A stretch of DNA of 64,000 nucleotides from an uncultured virus (IMG/VR IMGVR_UViG_3300037563_000115). Its lineage: Duplodnaviria; Heunggongvirae; Uroviricota; Caudoviricetes. The translations under genes were made by a program, and so were the position numbers. The stretch's first letter is position 1, and every line of letters starts with the position of its first letter. The notes below the pieces were generated by a model. It did not search any database, was not told the DNA's origin, and worked only from the letters and a program-made list of their open reading frames with translations. The stretch lies in IMG/VR virus record IMGVR_UViG_3300037563_000115. One strand, 5' to 3'. Of the stretch, positions 19,935 to 28,764 are shown piece by piece.

Positions 19935-22900
19935 CTACTTTACAGGTCCAAGATAAGTATTTATAAACTCAACAAGTCTCTTCTCATCTATCTGTTCTAA
20001 ATTCTTAGTAGAAAAGATAGCATAATCGATGGATTTCTGCTTGTCATGGCCTCGTTTAACTGCTTCATAATAATTATTTATAGCAATCACATAGGCAGGA
20101 CAAGAAGCTGCACTGATCTGGTTAGCCTGTTCTTCTGTCAAAGGGGATTCTTCAGCTTTCTTAACAATATCCTGTTTACTAAAAGCTCTTACAATCCCTG
20201 TGGGAATTTCTTTTCCTTGTGCCAAATCGTAAATAGCCAATTGATTATGAGTTCTAGCCAAATTTAATGCCTTCTGTTTATCTGGAATTGTGACAACAAT
20301 ATCAAGATACACTTGACTCCCGTTCACCCATGCTCCAAAGGAATTATTGGGATCACTTAACAAATCTTCATTAGAATCAATATAATTCTCAATTTCCTCA
20401 AAGTCAACTAGAGATACGATCTTCTCTTTCTCAGGATAGACGCTAACTGAATAATTGTTGGTTCCAGCTAAGTTTCCTTTAGAAAGGTTATATGTTACTC
20501 CACCAGTTGATTCAATACTCTTTAAAATATCATTGATGAAATGACCATTAATATCAGCTTGCTTTAAGGAAGCATTAACTGGATTTCTTAATGCTTTACT
20601 AACTGCTTTTTGAATAGAGGGGAAGGGATCAGTTATTTTAAGTAGATTACCATTTTGATCACCCATCTCAATTACATCACCATCCTTAAAATTTCTTGCT
20701 ATAAAATCATCTACAAAGCCAGGGATAGCCTTCAGATCTTGTACTTGAATCTGAAATCCAGCCCCAGCTTTTTCATTGGAAACTCTTACCCAACCTGATT
20801 GAATCATCTTAGCCCAAACCATTCCAAGGGTAGTAAAAGGTATGTCATATTGTTTTAAAATTTGTTTATTCTGTTTAATCCAAGCACCATGATGAGTACC
20901 AGCATCAAATTCTGTCCCATCTGGAGCAATCCAATAACGAGTAGAGGGATTAGCTTCTTTCTTACAAAATGCTTTCTTACTTGAAGCAATATTAGAATAA
21001 GGCTGAGATTCATCTTCATCATCGGTTGCAACGTCCCACATCGTATTTGGAAAGGGTTTCTTCTGCTTCCCAGCCCCCTGGTCTTGAGGACTCGAAAATG
21101 GACCGCTGTCCATTGACGGATTAACTCCAACAGCATCTGTACTGAATTCTGCACCTGTGAATTCACCTTCAGCTGTCTTATCCAACTCTACTGCTCGTTT
21201 TGTTGCTTCATCGAAGGAAATCCTTTCACCAGATAACAGCTCTACCTCATTGGTTGTGAAGTCAATATGATCTACTTTATTAGAATCTTTAGAATCCAAT
21301 ATCTTAATTACTTGATCCATATTGAGATGATGCTTTGCTTGCTTTAAAGATGCATTAACTGGTTGATTTGAATTTTCTTTTACTGCTTGCTGAATTCCTT
21401 TTTCAATTACTTCATTATAATCTATTCTTAGATACTCCCCACTCATGCCTTCTTCAAGGCTCACAATTTTTGCTGGATGCTCTATAATAAAATCATTAAC
21501 TGCATCTGGAATATTCTGCAAATCATTTAGCTGGACAACAATCTCATTTGATGTTCTACGCAGTCTAACCCAACCTTTTTCAAATAATTGATTAAACAAA
21601 GAATCCCATACTTCACCTACATTTTCATCTGTTATTTTTTCAGGGATATTTTGGAGTCCTAGTTCCTTAGCATTGTCAAAGGCATAATCAGGATGACTAG
21701 CAACATCAATCATTTCACCTTGAGGATTCATCCACAAACCATATCCTAATGCAGCTATCTTCTTTGAAGCCATAACACTTTCGGGCATCATTTCTTCATA
21801 AATCCCATTGAGCAGTTCAAGCTCATTAGTGAGTCCCTGTCTTTCATATTCACCATAACCATAACGTTTCATCCAATAATTTGTAATCTCTACTAAACCC
21901 ATACCACGCTGTCTTAAAGCATTGAATTGTTGCTGCTTTGCTCCCAACTCAAAAGTTCTTTCCTCATAAGGTGTTTGTCTAACCTTATAAATATCTTCAG
22001 GAGTATGCACAGGCAATTCTCCTATAGAATCTTGAATTGCATGTTCAATCTCATGGATAATAGTGATACGTTTAGCATCTAAAGAAATTCTAGGATTTAT
22101 ATATAATGTACCAGAGGTATAATCATAAAATCCTTTAGTTGTATCTTTTAAACTAGGATCTTTTTGTTCAAGTTCTCTAGGCGTATGTTCTATTTTAAAA
22201 TTAGGAAGGGAAGCTATTACATCTTCAACAGTAGTTCCTCTATTCTTAAAATGCTGACGGATCTCTTTATCATCTAAAGCAAATTGAGTCAAATCATTAA
22301 TTGCATGATAGGCTACCTTTTTGCTCCCAACCATACCCATCTGAGTATCAAGAGATTTCCTCACTCGATCTTTAAGTGACAAAATTACTGAATCGGTAAC
22401 TTCAGAGTGTGCTAATCGAATAGCCTTAACCACATCTGACCATCTCTTATGTGCTGTGAGGAATTCATTCACTACAATATCCCATAGAGCATCTTCATTA
22501 GCTACATCATTGGGATTAGGACCACAAACAGTAGTATCTTTAGGGTTATTGAAAGCTATAGCTCCAGGAGATTGAGTCAACATATTTTCAGTCTCTTCCT
22601 GTGCTGGCCATAGATCTGCTGTCTTGAAACTAGATGGAATATCATAGCCTTTACTTTGGGCGAAGCGTTTGAATATTGTAGAAAAATATCTTTTATATAC
22701 AAATATTTCAGAAGTATGAACATTAAATTTTCGTGCTAAGTCAGACCCACTCATCACAGGATTTAGCATATTATCTAAGACAGCTAATCTTATAGCAGCG
22801 GTACGTGGAAACTGTTTTCTTGCTCCTTCCTTAGCTTGCTCTATAATCTGACTAAACTCTTCTTCAGTCATCTCTGGCTTAGCTGGTTCTGGAATATCGT

Positions 22901-23651
22901 AAGCGTCTGAAACATCAGGAGATTCATTAAGATCATAAGCTTCTTTCAAACTACCTTTCTTTTCAGGTAATTGTTTAATCAGCCAATTTCGTGGAATATT
23001 ATATTTAGTTGTAGCAAGAGTCCAAATTTTAGCAGTTAAATCACCAACATCATCAATCGTATGAAAGGGACGAGATAAGGCTTTAATTTCGGGGATAGCT
23101 TCAGGAGAGGCTTTAGAGATAAGCTTAATGAGTTTAACTAAGAACTCATATTCGGGATCAAAAAGAGATACTTCCCGTTGTCCTCTATCTATTGCTGGCT
23201 GAATAGGGAAAATGGGATCACCAAGCACATCTGCCTTAAGCAGTTTAGCTCGTTTAATCCGTTCAATATGCTGTTTGATTTGTTCTTTTTTGGCAGGATT
23301 AGTCTCAATAGAGAGCTGTTCTAATAGCTCATCTATCTTTTTAGGTTTGTCTAAGGTAGGTAGTTGTTCAATAATATCTGTGGAAGTAGGTTCTGTTGTT
23401 TCACGATTTACAGTATTAAACCAAGCCCAACCCAATTCTTCCCATTTAACTTCTTTTCTAACTCCCTCTTCCATTCCCTCTCCCGTCAAAGCTTCTTGCA
23501 ACCAATCCGTAAAACTTTTCTCATCTGTAGCTCTTTTAGCGGCATCAATCACCACTGACATTACTTTTGGATGTTGTATAATAAAATCATTAATGCCTTT
23601 TGTGGCCTCATTAGAATATTCTTTCAAGTCAGCTTTCTTAGAAAATTTCAT
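19935..23651 (-). CDS. Polyvalent protein (1238 aa): HTH-like, HExxH metallopeptidase-like, 2x WxxPxG domain
   Basis: TIIHEIEHAIQ; SGSDLARKFNVHTSEI; LWMNPQG..GWVR and YWIAPDG..GWVR; linkers FSKKAD, ASLKQA (twice), DKTAE. Confidence 0.7.
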   Translation of the reverse strand: MKFSKKADLKEYSNEATKGINDFIIQHPKVMSVVIDAAKRATDEKSFTDWLQEALTGEGMEEGVRKEVKWEELGWAWFNTVNRETTEPTSTDIIEQLPTLDKPKKIDELLEQLSIETNPAKKEQIKQHIERIKRAKLLKADVLGDPIFPIQPAIDRGQREVSLFDPEYEFLVKLIKLISKASPEAIPEIKALSRPFHTIDDVGDLTAKIWTLATTKYNIPRNWLIKQLPEKKGSLKEAYDLNESPDVSDAYDIPEPAKPEMTEEEFSQIIEQAKEGARKQFPRTAAIRLAVLDNMLNPVMSGSDLARKFNVHTSEIFVYKRYFSTIFKRFAQSKGYDIPSSFKTADLWPAQEETENMLTQSPGAIAFNNPKDTTVCGPNPNDVANEDALWDIVVNEFLTAHKRWSDVVKAIRLAHSEVTDSVILSLKDRVRKSLDTQMGMVGSKKVAYHAINDLTQFALDDKEIRQHFKNRGTTVEDVIASLPNFKIEHTPRELEQKDPSLKDTTKGFYDYTSGTLYINPRISLDAKRITIIHEIEHAIQDSIGELPVHTPEDIYKVRQTPYEERTFELGAKQQQFNALRQRGMGLVEITNYWMKRYGYGEYERQGLTNELELLNGIYEEMMPESVMASKKIAALGYGLWMNPQGEMIDVASHPDYAFDNAKELGLQNIPEKITDENVGEVWDSLFNQLFEKGWVRLRRTSNEIVVQLNDLQNIPDAVNDFIIEHPAKIVSLEEGMSGEYLRIDYNEVIEKGIQQAVKENSNQPVNASLKQAKHHLNMDQVIKILDSKDSNKVDHIDFTTNEVELLSGERISFDEATKRAVELDKTAEGEFTGAEFSTDAVGVNPSMDSGPFSSPQDQGAGKQKKPFPNTMWDVATDDEDESQPYSNIASSKKAFCKKEANPSTRYWIAPDGTEFDAGTHHGAWIKQNKQILKQYDIPFTTLGMVWAKMIQSGWVRVSNEKAGAGFQIQVQDLKAIPGFVDDFIARNFKDGDVIEMGDQNGNLLKITDPFPSIQKAVSKALRNPVNASLKQADINGHFINDILKSIESTGGVTYNLSKGNLAGTNNYSVSVYPEKEKIVSLVDFEEIENYIDSNEDLLSDPNNSFGAWVNGSQVYLDIVVTIPDKQKALNLARTHNQLAIYDLAQGKEIPTGIVRAFSKQDIVKKAEESPLTEEQANQISAASCPAYVIAINNYYEAVKRGHDKQKSIDYAIFSTKNLEQIDEKRLVEFINTYLGPVK

Positions 23652-23655
23652 TGAT

Positions 23656-23829
23656 TTACCTTATTACTAAAAATTTAGTACATCGACATTGTTTAATGTA
23701 ACAACCTTCTCTAATATGATTACATGTTCTAAGATATTGGGACCAATTTAAATGTATTCTACCATTATCTCTAATTACATGCTGACCTAAAAAATGATCA
23801 CAATTGCTACATTTCTTAATATCGTTCAT
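23656..23829 (-). CDS. Cys/His finger microprotein (no tag)
   Basis: CSNCDHFLGQH...CRCTKF; start moved to ATG 23829. Confidence 0.6.
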   Translation of the reverse strand: MNDIKKCSNCDHFLGQHVIRDNGRIHLNWSQYLRTCNHIREGCYIKQCRCTKFLVIR

Positions 23830-23983
23830 TTTAGATTGGGATTTTCTATACAAGTTTCTCCATTATAATTATAAGAAAGACATTCTTCTTGTGTATTATA
23901 ATTACATTGGATAGTTTGTTCAACCTTATCAACCATACACCAATTAGCTACTCCAATGATATGCCAAGCTAAAAAGATTGGAA

Positions 23984-25081
23984 TCATATTGTTTTATTTG
24001 GTGCAGAAGGATCTGGCATTAGAACGTAGGCCATAACATCAGGATTATAAATCCATTTTTGGCCTTGAGGTGCAGGAGATGTTGGGGCAGCTACAGGCAC
24101 TTCTAGATTATCCTGATCTGTTGGCTGAACATTCTGGATAACTGGAGCAGGTGTTACAGCAGGAGTGGCTGGAGGAATCCCAGTCCCTTCTTCAATTGTT
24201 TCATCTGTCACCTGGACCGCTGCAGTAGTTGGTAGCTTCTTCTGTGCAGGAGTCGTTGGCATTGTATCACCAGCATGAGTATATTCCATATGTTGCTGAT
24301 AAGCAGTAAAATCAGGAAATGTCATACCACCACAAAGAGCACAAGATGTTTTCTTATCATCTGGTGTAACTGCAGGAGTAGCGTTAGCTGCTGGAGCTGG
24401 ATTGCTTAATGTTGGAGTAATTGCTACTGGTAGAGCAGCTTCTTTTAGATTCTCTTTACCCCAACTATGTTTATAGCAATAGCGTTTCCCTTCAGCAACA
24501 CTATCAGCTTTGTTATTGCAACCTTCAACTGAACATAGAGGCCATTCATTTGCAGCAGCTTCTTTCTCTACAGGTTCATCTTCTAATTCATCCTTAGTAA
24601 GTTCCTCTTTGTATTCTTTATGAACTAAGCTACGAGGTTTTCTGCCTTTCTCTGAGGATTCTTTCTCTACTTCTTCCACGATATCTTTATGCTCTGGCTC
24701 TTCACGTTCCTCTTCAGATAGCTTAGGAGTAATACCTGCTTTCTGCTCTGTTTCCCATAAGAGATTTTCAAGCTCTTCTAAACCCCTATGAAGTTCTTCT
24801 GATTCTGGTTCATCTTTAAGTTTAGATTCTAATAAATCTAGTCCCATAGCCACATCTTCAAATACTTGTTCAATACTAAGTTCTGATGAATCATTCTCAT
24901 CCTTACCAGCTACTTTGGGCAAAGGATTAGATTCAAGTCTTTGCTGGACTTGTTCCATACGAGATCTCATATCTGTAATATGATCTGTAAGGGCCTGATA
25001 AGGATCTATCATTGCTTCAGCTTTCTTACTGAAAGGCTTTAAAATTGGTAACTTCATTAGTTCTGCTAATTTAATTTGCAT
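23984..25081 (-). CDS. Modular acidic/Pro-rich protein (365 aa) with C2H2 finger, putative virion protein
   Basis: FSKKAE and KEAA linkers; CALC...YQQHMEYTH. Confidence 0.55.
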   Translation of the reverse strand: MQIKLAELMKLPILKPFSKKAEAMIDPYQALTDHITDMRSRMEQVQQRLESNPLPKVAGKDENDSSELSIEQVFEDVAMGLDLLESKLKDEPESEELHRGLEELENLLWETEQKAGITPKLSEEEREEPEHKDIVEEVEKESSEKGRKPRSLVHKEYKEELTKDELEDEPVEKEAAANEWPLCSVEGCNNKADSVAEGKRYCYKHSWGKENLKEAALPVAITPTLSNPAPAANATPAVTPDDKKTSCALCGGMTFPDFTAYQQHMEYTHAGDTMPTTPAQKKLPTTAAVQVTDETIEEGTGIPPATPAVTPAPVIQNVQPTDQDNLEVPVAAPTSPAPQGQKWIYNPDVMAYVLMPDPSAPNKTI

Positions 25082-25805
25082 TTAATTTCACCTTTAAACC
25101 TTTATTCCAAGGAGCTTTTCCTTTCATAGCATCCCATTGGCATTTTCTGGAACAAAATTGTCTAACTCTTGCTAAGTGTGGCTGACGCTTAAATTCATTC
25201 TTACATTGAATACAAATAACTATAATCCATTCAATCCTATGGCCATCTGGATGTTCTAAATGAAATTTATCTAATAAGGTTTGAATACCAATTTTACCTT
25301 TTTCAGATTGCAGTTTTTTACCTTCTTCAGAATTATAATACACCTTGAGAGCTTCACTTTTCTTTTGCTTACTCTCTTCAGATTGTTTTAATCCAATATG
25401 GGATTCTCTTATTCTTTCTATTTGTTCTTTAGTTCTTTTCCTCCCAGTTAATTTCTGTCTAACAGTTTCTCGTCTCTCAGCATCGGGAGTAGGAAGTACT
25501 AAAGGACCTGTTGGCTTCTCATTAAAATTATACTTATCAGATGTTATGGAAATATAATATTCTTCTCTTTCATGAAGTTTATCTAAAGAGCAAACTTCTA
25601 AAATTCTAACCTCAAAAGCTTCTTCACCATACTTATTATAAGCATTTTGAAGATGCTCATTAGTATGTCTATTTCCACGTAATGAACTAAAATGATGGGC
25701 AATTCTTAAATAAATTACTTTACTAGATCCAATGTAAGAAAATCCATTGATCTTATTAAAGATATTATAAATACCACAAACTTTCAAAGATGAATCTAAT
25801 TTCAT
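25071..25805 (-). CDS. GIY-YIG homing endonuclease with NUMOD3 repeats
   Basis: CGIYNIFN...SYIGSS...R...HLQNAYNKYG...EREEYYI; KQSEESKQKKSEA. Confidence 0.88.
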   Translation of the reverse strand: MKLDSSLKVCGIYNIFNKINGFSYIGSSKVIYLRIAHHFSSLRGNRHTNEHLQNAYNKYGEEAFEVRILEVCSLDKLHEREEYYISITSDKYNFNEKPTGPLVLPTPDAERRETVRQKLTGRKRTKEQIERIRESHIGLKQSEESKQKKSEALKVYYNSEEGKKLQSEKGKIGIQTLLDKFHLEHPDGHRIEWIIVICIQCKNEFKRQPHLARVRQFCSRKCQWDAMKGKAPWNKGLKVKLNAN

Positions 25806-28324
25806 TTTACCTCATCTAAATTTACCATATCTGTATCAAAATTGCAATCACCAATTTTATAAACCTTTCCATCAGTGCCTTTAACTAAAGAACCTTTGTG
25901 GGATTTAAAATATTCCACGGCGCGGAGGCGTTTAACTGCCTCACCCTTGGTTTTATAAGGTCCACCTAGGTTCTTCCCTTTCTCACTAAGCACATGCCAT
26001 CCATCTTTCTGATGGACAACACGAGCAACTTTATTCAAACTGCTATTCATTGATAGTCGTTTATATTTCTGCTCCAATACCTTCTTTCTTTCTGGGTCCG
26101 TCTCTTTAGCTAATTGATTCAATAAGTCATCTTTAGCTTGTTCAACATCCATAGTGGGCAACTTATCGATTACTCCACCTGCTCCTTGTGAACGTTCATA
26201 TTCTTTGTTTTCTGCAGCTTCATTTAAAAGATCTTGAGCTATTTCAGTCCAATTAACTTCATTGGGGTCCATATCCTCTTCTTGCTTTTCAACTAGAAGA
26301 TTACCATAAGCATCTTTTAAAACTTGGGCAAGTTCATTAACATTAGAAGCTTCCTGTGCAAACTGTCTTGATTGATCATAAAGTGCTTGATCATTATCTA
26401 ACCAAAGAGAAAGACCCCAAGTTGATCTATTAGTATAACCTGAATAATCTGTACCATAACCTGCATCTTTTTCAACAGGTGGATTATCTAAATATCCTCG
26501 TTGATTAGGTATTGTTGGAGGAAGGGCTGTCTTCAATGCTGTTACACTAAATCTACCACATGTAGGACATTTCTCATTCTCTTTACCTGCAAAGGTTCCA
26601 TGACAATCTGGGCAATCTTTTGCTGCCTCTTCTTCAATAGGTTGCTCATTAAGGGCTTCTGGTGTAGCAGGAGGACGATTTGCATCTAGAAGTTCAGTTG
26701 AATTAACCCAAATAGGTCCTTCTGTTGGACTATCTACTAAGGTTTGTGTACTTGTAGCACCGAGAACCTTACATGGTTGGCCATTATACTGCACTGTTTG
26801 ACTTTCTAGGGCCTCAATCTTTAGTTTGGCTTCAGGTACCCAAGCTCTGACATTATGTTCCAAGGAGGCTATTTTAACCCTCTTCCTTGCCTTATCAGAA
26901 GCAAGAACGAACACCTTTGTTCCAGCATTTAGAAAGGAGACCTTTTCAGTTAGTGTAGCCTTTTTATAATTCTTAACTAGCTCTCGTTCTGCAGCCCACT
27001 TTAAATGTTCTGCATTCATCTCTTTACCATTAAGTGGTGATAGGTGCAATACCTTGGTCCCTTTTTCATCAGATATATCATAGCCTAATTTATTGGCTTT
27101 CTTTACAGGGGTTGCTGTCCAACTTTTATTAAATACATTAATTTTTAGAGATGATTCTTTTTCTGTCCCAGCAGGTCCAGCCCAGAGGTCCTGAAATTCG
27201 TCCACCCCGTCACGACCACCCTCATCCTTAGTTTTATTAGCCCTTGGAGGCAGATGGTCCATGACCACCAAGCCCTCTGAATCATTTTGTGCCCCACTTG
27301 TTTTCTCATTACCAAATTTTTCTTGAATCTTTTCCTCTAAATTTTTAATCTTCTCATCTAATTTAGCAACCCATGGATGATTGGACTGTTGATAATGGTC
27401 TTCTCGTTCTTTTTTCAAATCTTTAAGCATATCCTCATAATTACTCTTTAAATCAGATGTTTTCTTAGTTTTGCACTTAGGACAATAAACGCTCATATCC
27501 TCATAACAAGGACAATTTTCTTCTTTAGGCAAAATACTTGTATCTGGAGGGGGAGGATTTCCTTCTGCATTAATTTCTTTAGGTTCTTCATGACGCTGCA
27601 AATCTTTATTATAATACCCACCAAAATGATCTTTTTCAGCTAATGGTCCCTCATCCCAATAAACATAAACGAGAGTAGCTGGATTATTATCATCATGCCT
27701 CATTACTCGACCAACTGATTTTCCACCTCGAATAGGTTCAACTTTTTCATCAACACTATATTTATGCAATTCAGCACTATCTTCTTTCTCACTAATAATA
27801 GCTGGACCAAGTTTATGTTCAACATTTTTAACTACATCTCGTTTAACTGCTGGGTCCATTGGTTGATAATCCCTATGCCCATGAGCGTCTTCTTTATGCT
27901 GCTGATATTCTGACTGGGATTTAAAGGACACACCACAAATAGCACACTTAGGAGAAACAGATGATGGAGCTGCTTCTTTTACTTCTTTAAGCTCTGCTCC
28001 CTGTTCTTTATGCTCTTCTACCATTGGCTCAAGCTCTTTGACAAGCTTCTCATGCTCATCAACAAACTCTTTCTTGGGCATAGAGACAGTGCCATCTTCT
28101 ACTTTAGGAGTGGCTTCTTTAGCTAATTCGTCCTTAGCCTTCTGCTTTTCGACTCGTTTAGCTTGAGATTTTTCCTTTTCTTCATTAAAAAGAGTTTTCA
28201 AAGATTGTAAATCGCTATGCCATTGAGCAATCTCACCTGGTTTAGCTTTTTTATTTTCAATCTTATCAATTAGTTCTTTGATCTTAAGTCGCAAAGCTTT
28301 AATTCCAGCTAGTTTGCCAATCAT
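25802..28324 (-). CDS. Modular protein (about 840 aa), putative virion polyprotein
   Basis: C2H2 finger, YTNRSTWGLSLWLDND...VNWTEIA module, GKNLGGPYKTKGEAVKRLRAVEYFK module, KxA linkers; start set at ATG 28324 after a GAGGA RBS. Confidence 0.6.
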   Translation of the reverse strand: MIGKLAGIKALRLKIKELIDKIENKKAKPGEIAQWHSDLQSLKTLFNEEKEKSQAKRVEKQKAKDELAKEATPKVEDGTVSMPKKEFVDEHEKLVKELEPMVEEHKEQGAELKEVKEAAPSSVSPKCAICGVSFKSQSEYQQHKEDAHGHRDYQPMDPAVKRDVVKNVEHKLGPAIISEKEDSAELHKYSVDEKVEPIRGGKSVGRVMRHDDNNPATLVYVYWDEGPLAEKDHFGGYYNKDLQRHEEPKEINAEGNPPPPDTSILPKEENCPCYEDMSVYCPKCKTKKTSDLKSNYEDMLKDLKKEREDHYQQSNHPWVAKLDEKIKNLEEKIQEKFGNEKTSGAQNDSEGLVVMDHLPPRANKTKDEGGRDGVDEFQDLWAGPAGTEKESSLKINVFNKSWTATPVKKANKLGYDISDEKGTKVLHLSPLNGKEMNAEHLKWAAERELVKNYKKATLTEKVSFLNAGTKVFVLASDKARKRVKIASLEHNVRAWVPEAKLKIEALESQTVQYNGQPCKVLGATSTQTLVDSPTEGPIWVNSTELLDANRPPATPEALNEQPIEEEAAKDCPDCHGTFAGKENEKCPTCGRFSVTALKTALPPTIPNQRGYLDNPPVEKDAGYGTDYSGYTNRSTWGLSLWLDNDQALYDQSRQFAQEASNVNELAQVLKDAYGNLLVEKQEEDMDPNEVNWTEIAQDLLNEAAENKEYERSQGAGGVIDKLPTMDVEQAKDDLLNQLAKETDPERKKVLEQKYKRLSMNSSLNKVARVVHQKDGWHVLSEKGKNLGGPYKTKGEAVKRLRAVEYFKSHKGSLVKGTDGKVYKIGDCNFDTDMVNLDEVK

Positions 28325-28337
28325 ATTATTTATCCTC

Positions 28338-28541
28338 TTAGTACATTCTCTCAACATCACGTTGATTAAAAATTCGTATTTCATTACTTATATAATGCTG
28401 CAAAACAAAATCTTTAGTACATCCTAGAAAATCAAGCACCATCCAAGAGTCTGAAATAAAGACTTCGGGATGGTGCAGAACAAAAACTAATTCCCCCTCA
28501 TGGAGGATATGGTCATTATGATCTCTCATGCGCTCGTTCAT
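28338..28541 (-). CDS. Hypothetical protein
   Basis: Packed ORF with ATGA overlap. Confidence 0.45.
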   Translation of the reverse strand: MNERMRDHNDHILHEGELVFVLHHPEVFISDSWMVLDFLGCTKDFVLQHYISNEIRIFNQRDVERMY

Positions 28542-28741
28542 ATCTTTTTTATATCTCTAAGTAGAAGTGTTTCAACTTTATGTGTCTTCAAATTCTCGGC
28601 TATAATTTCTGTAGCCATGTCATATTCTTCTATGACCTTAATTAAATATTTTTTACCTTTATGCTCTACCTCATCACCAATTGATACAGGGATATTGCAG
28701 CGATCTTTAAAGCACATTGTAGGAACCTCCGTAAGTAACAA
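28538..28741 (-). CDS. Hypothetical SH3-like small protein
   Basis: VSIGDEVEHKGKKYLI pattern. Confidence 0.45.
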   Translation of the reverse strand: MLLTEVPTMCFKDRCNIPVSIGDEVEHKGKKYLIKVIEEYDMATEIIAENLKTHKVETLLLRDIKKI

Positions 28742-28764
28742 TTTCCTAACAACTAGCTTATCTT

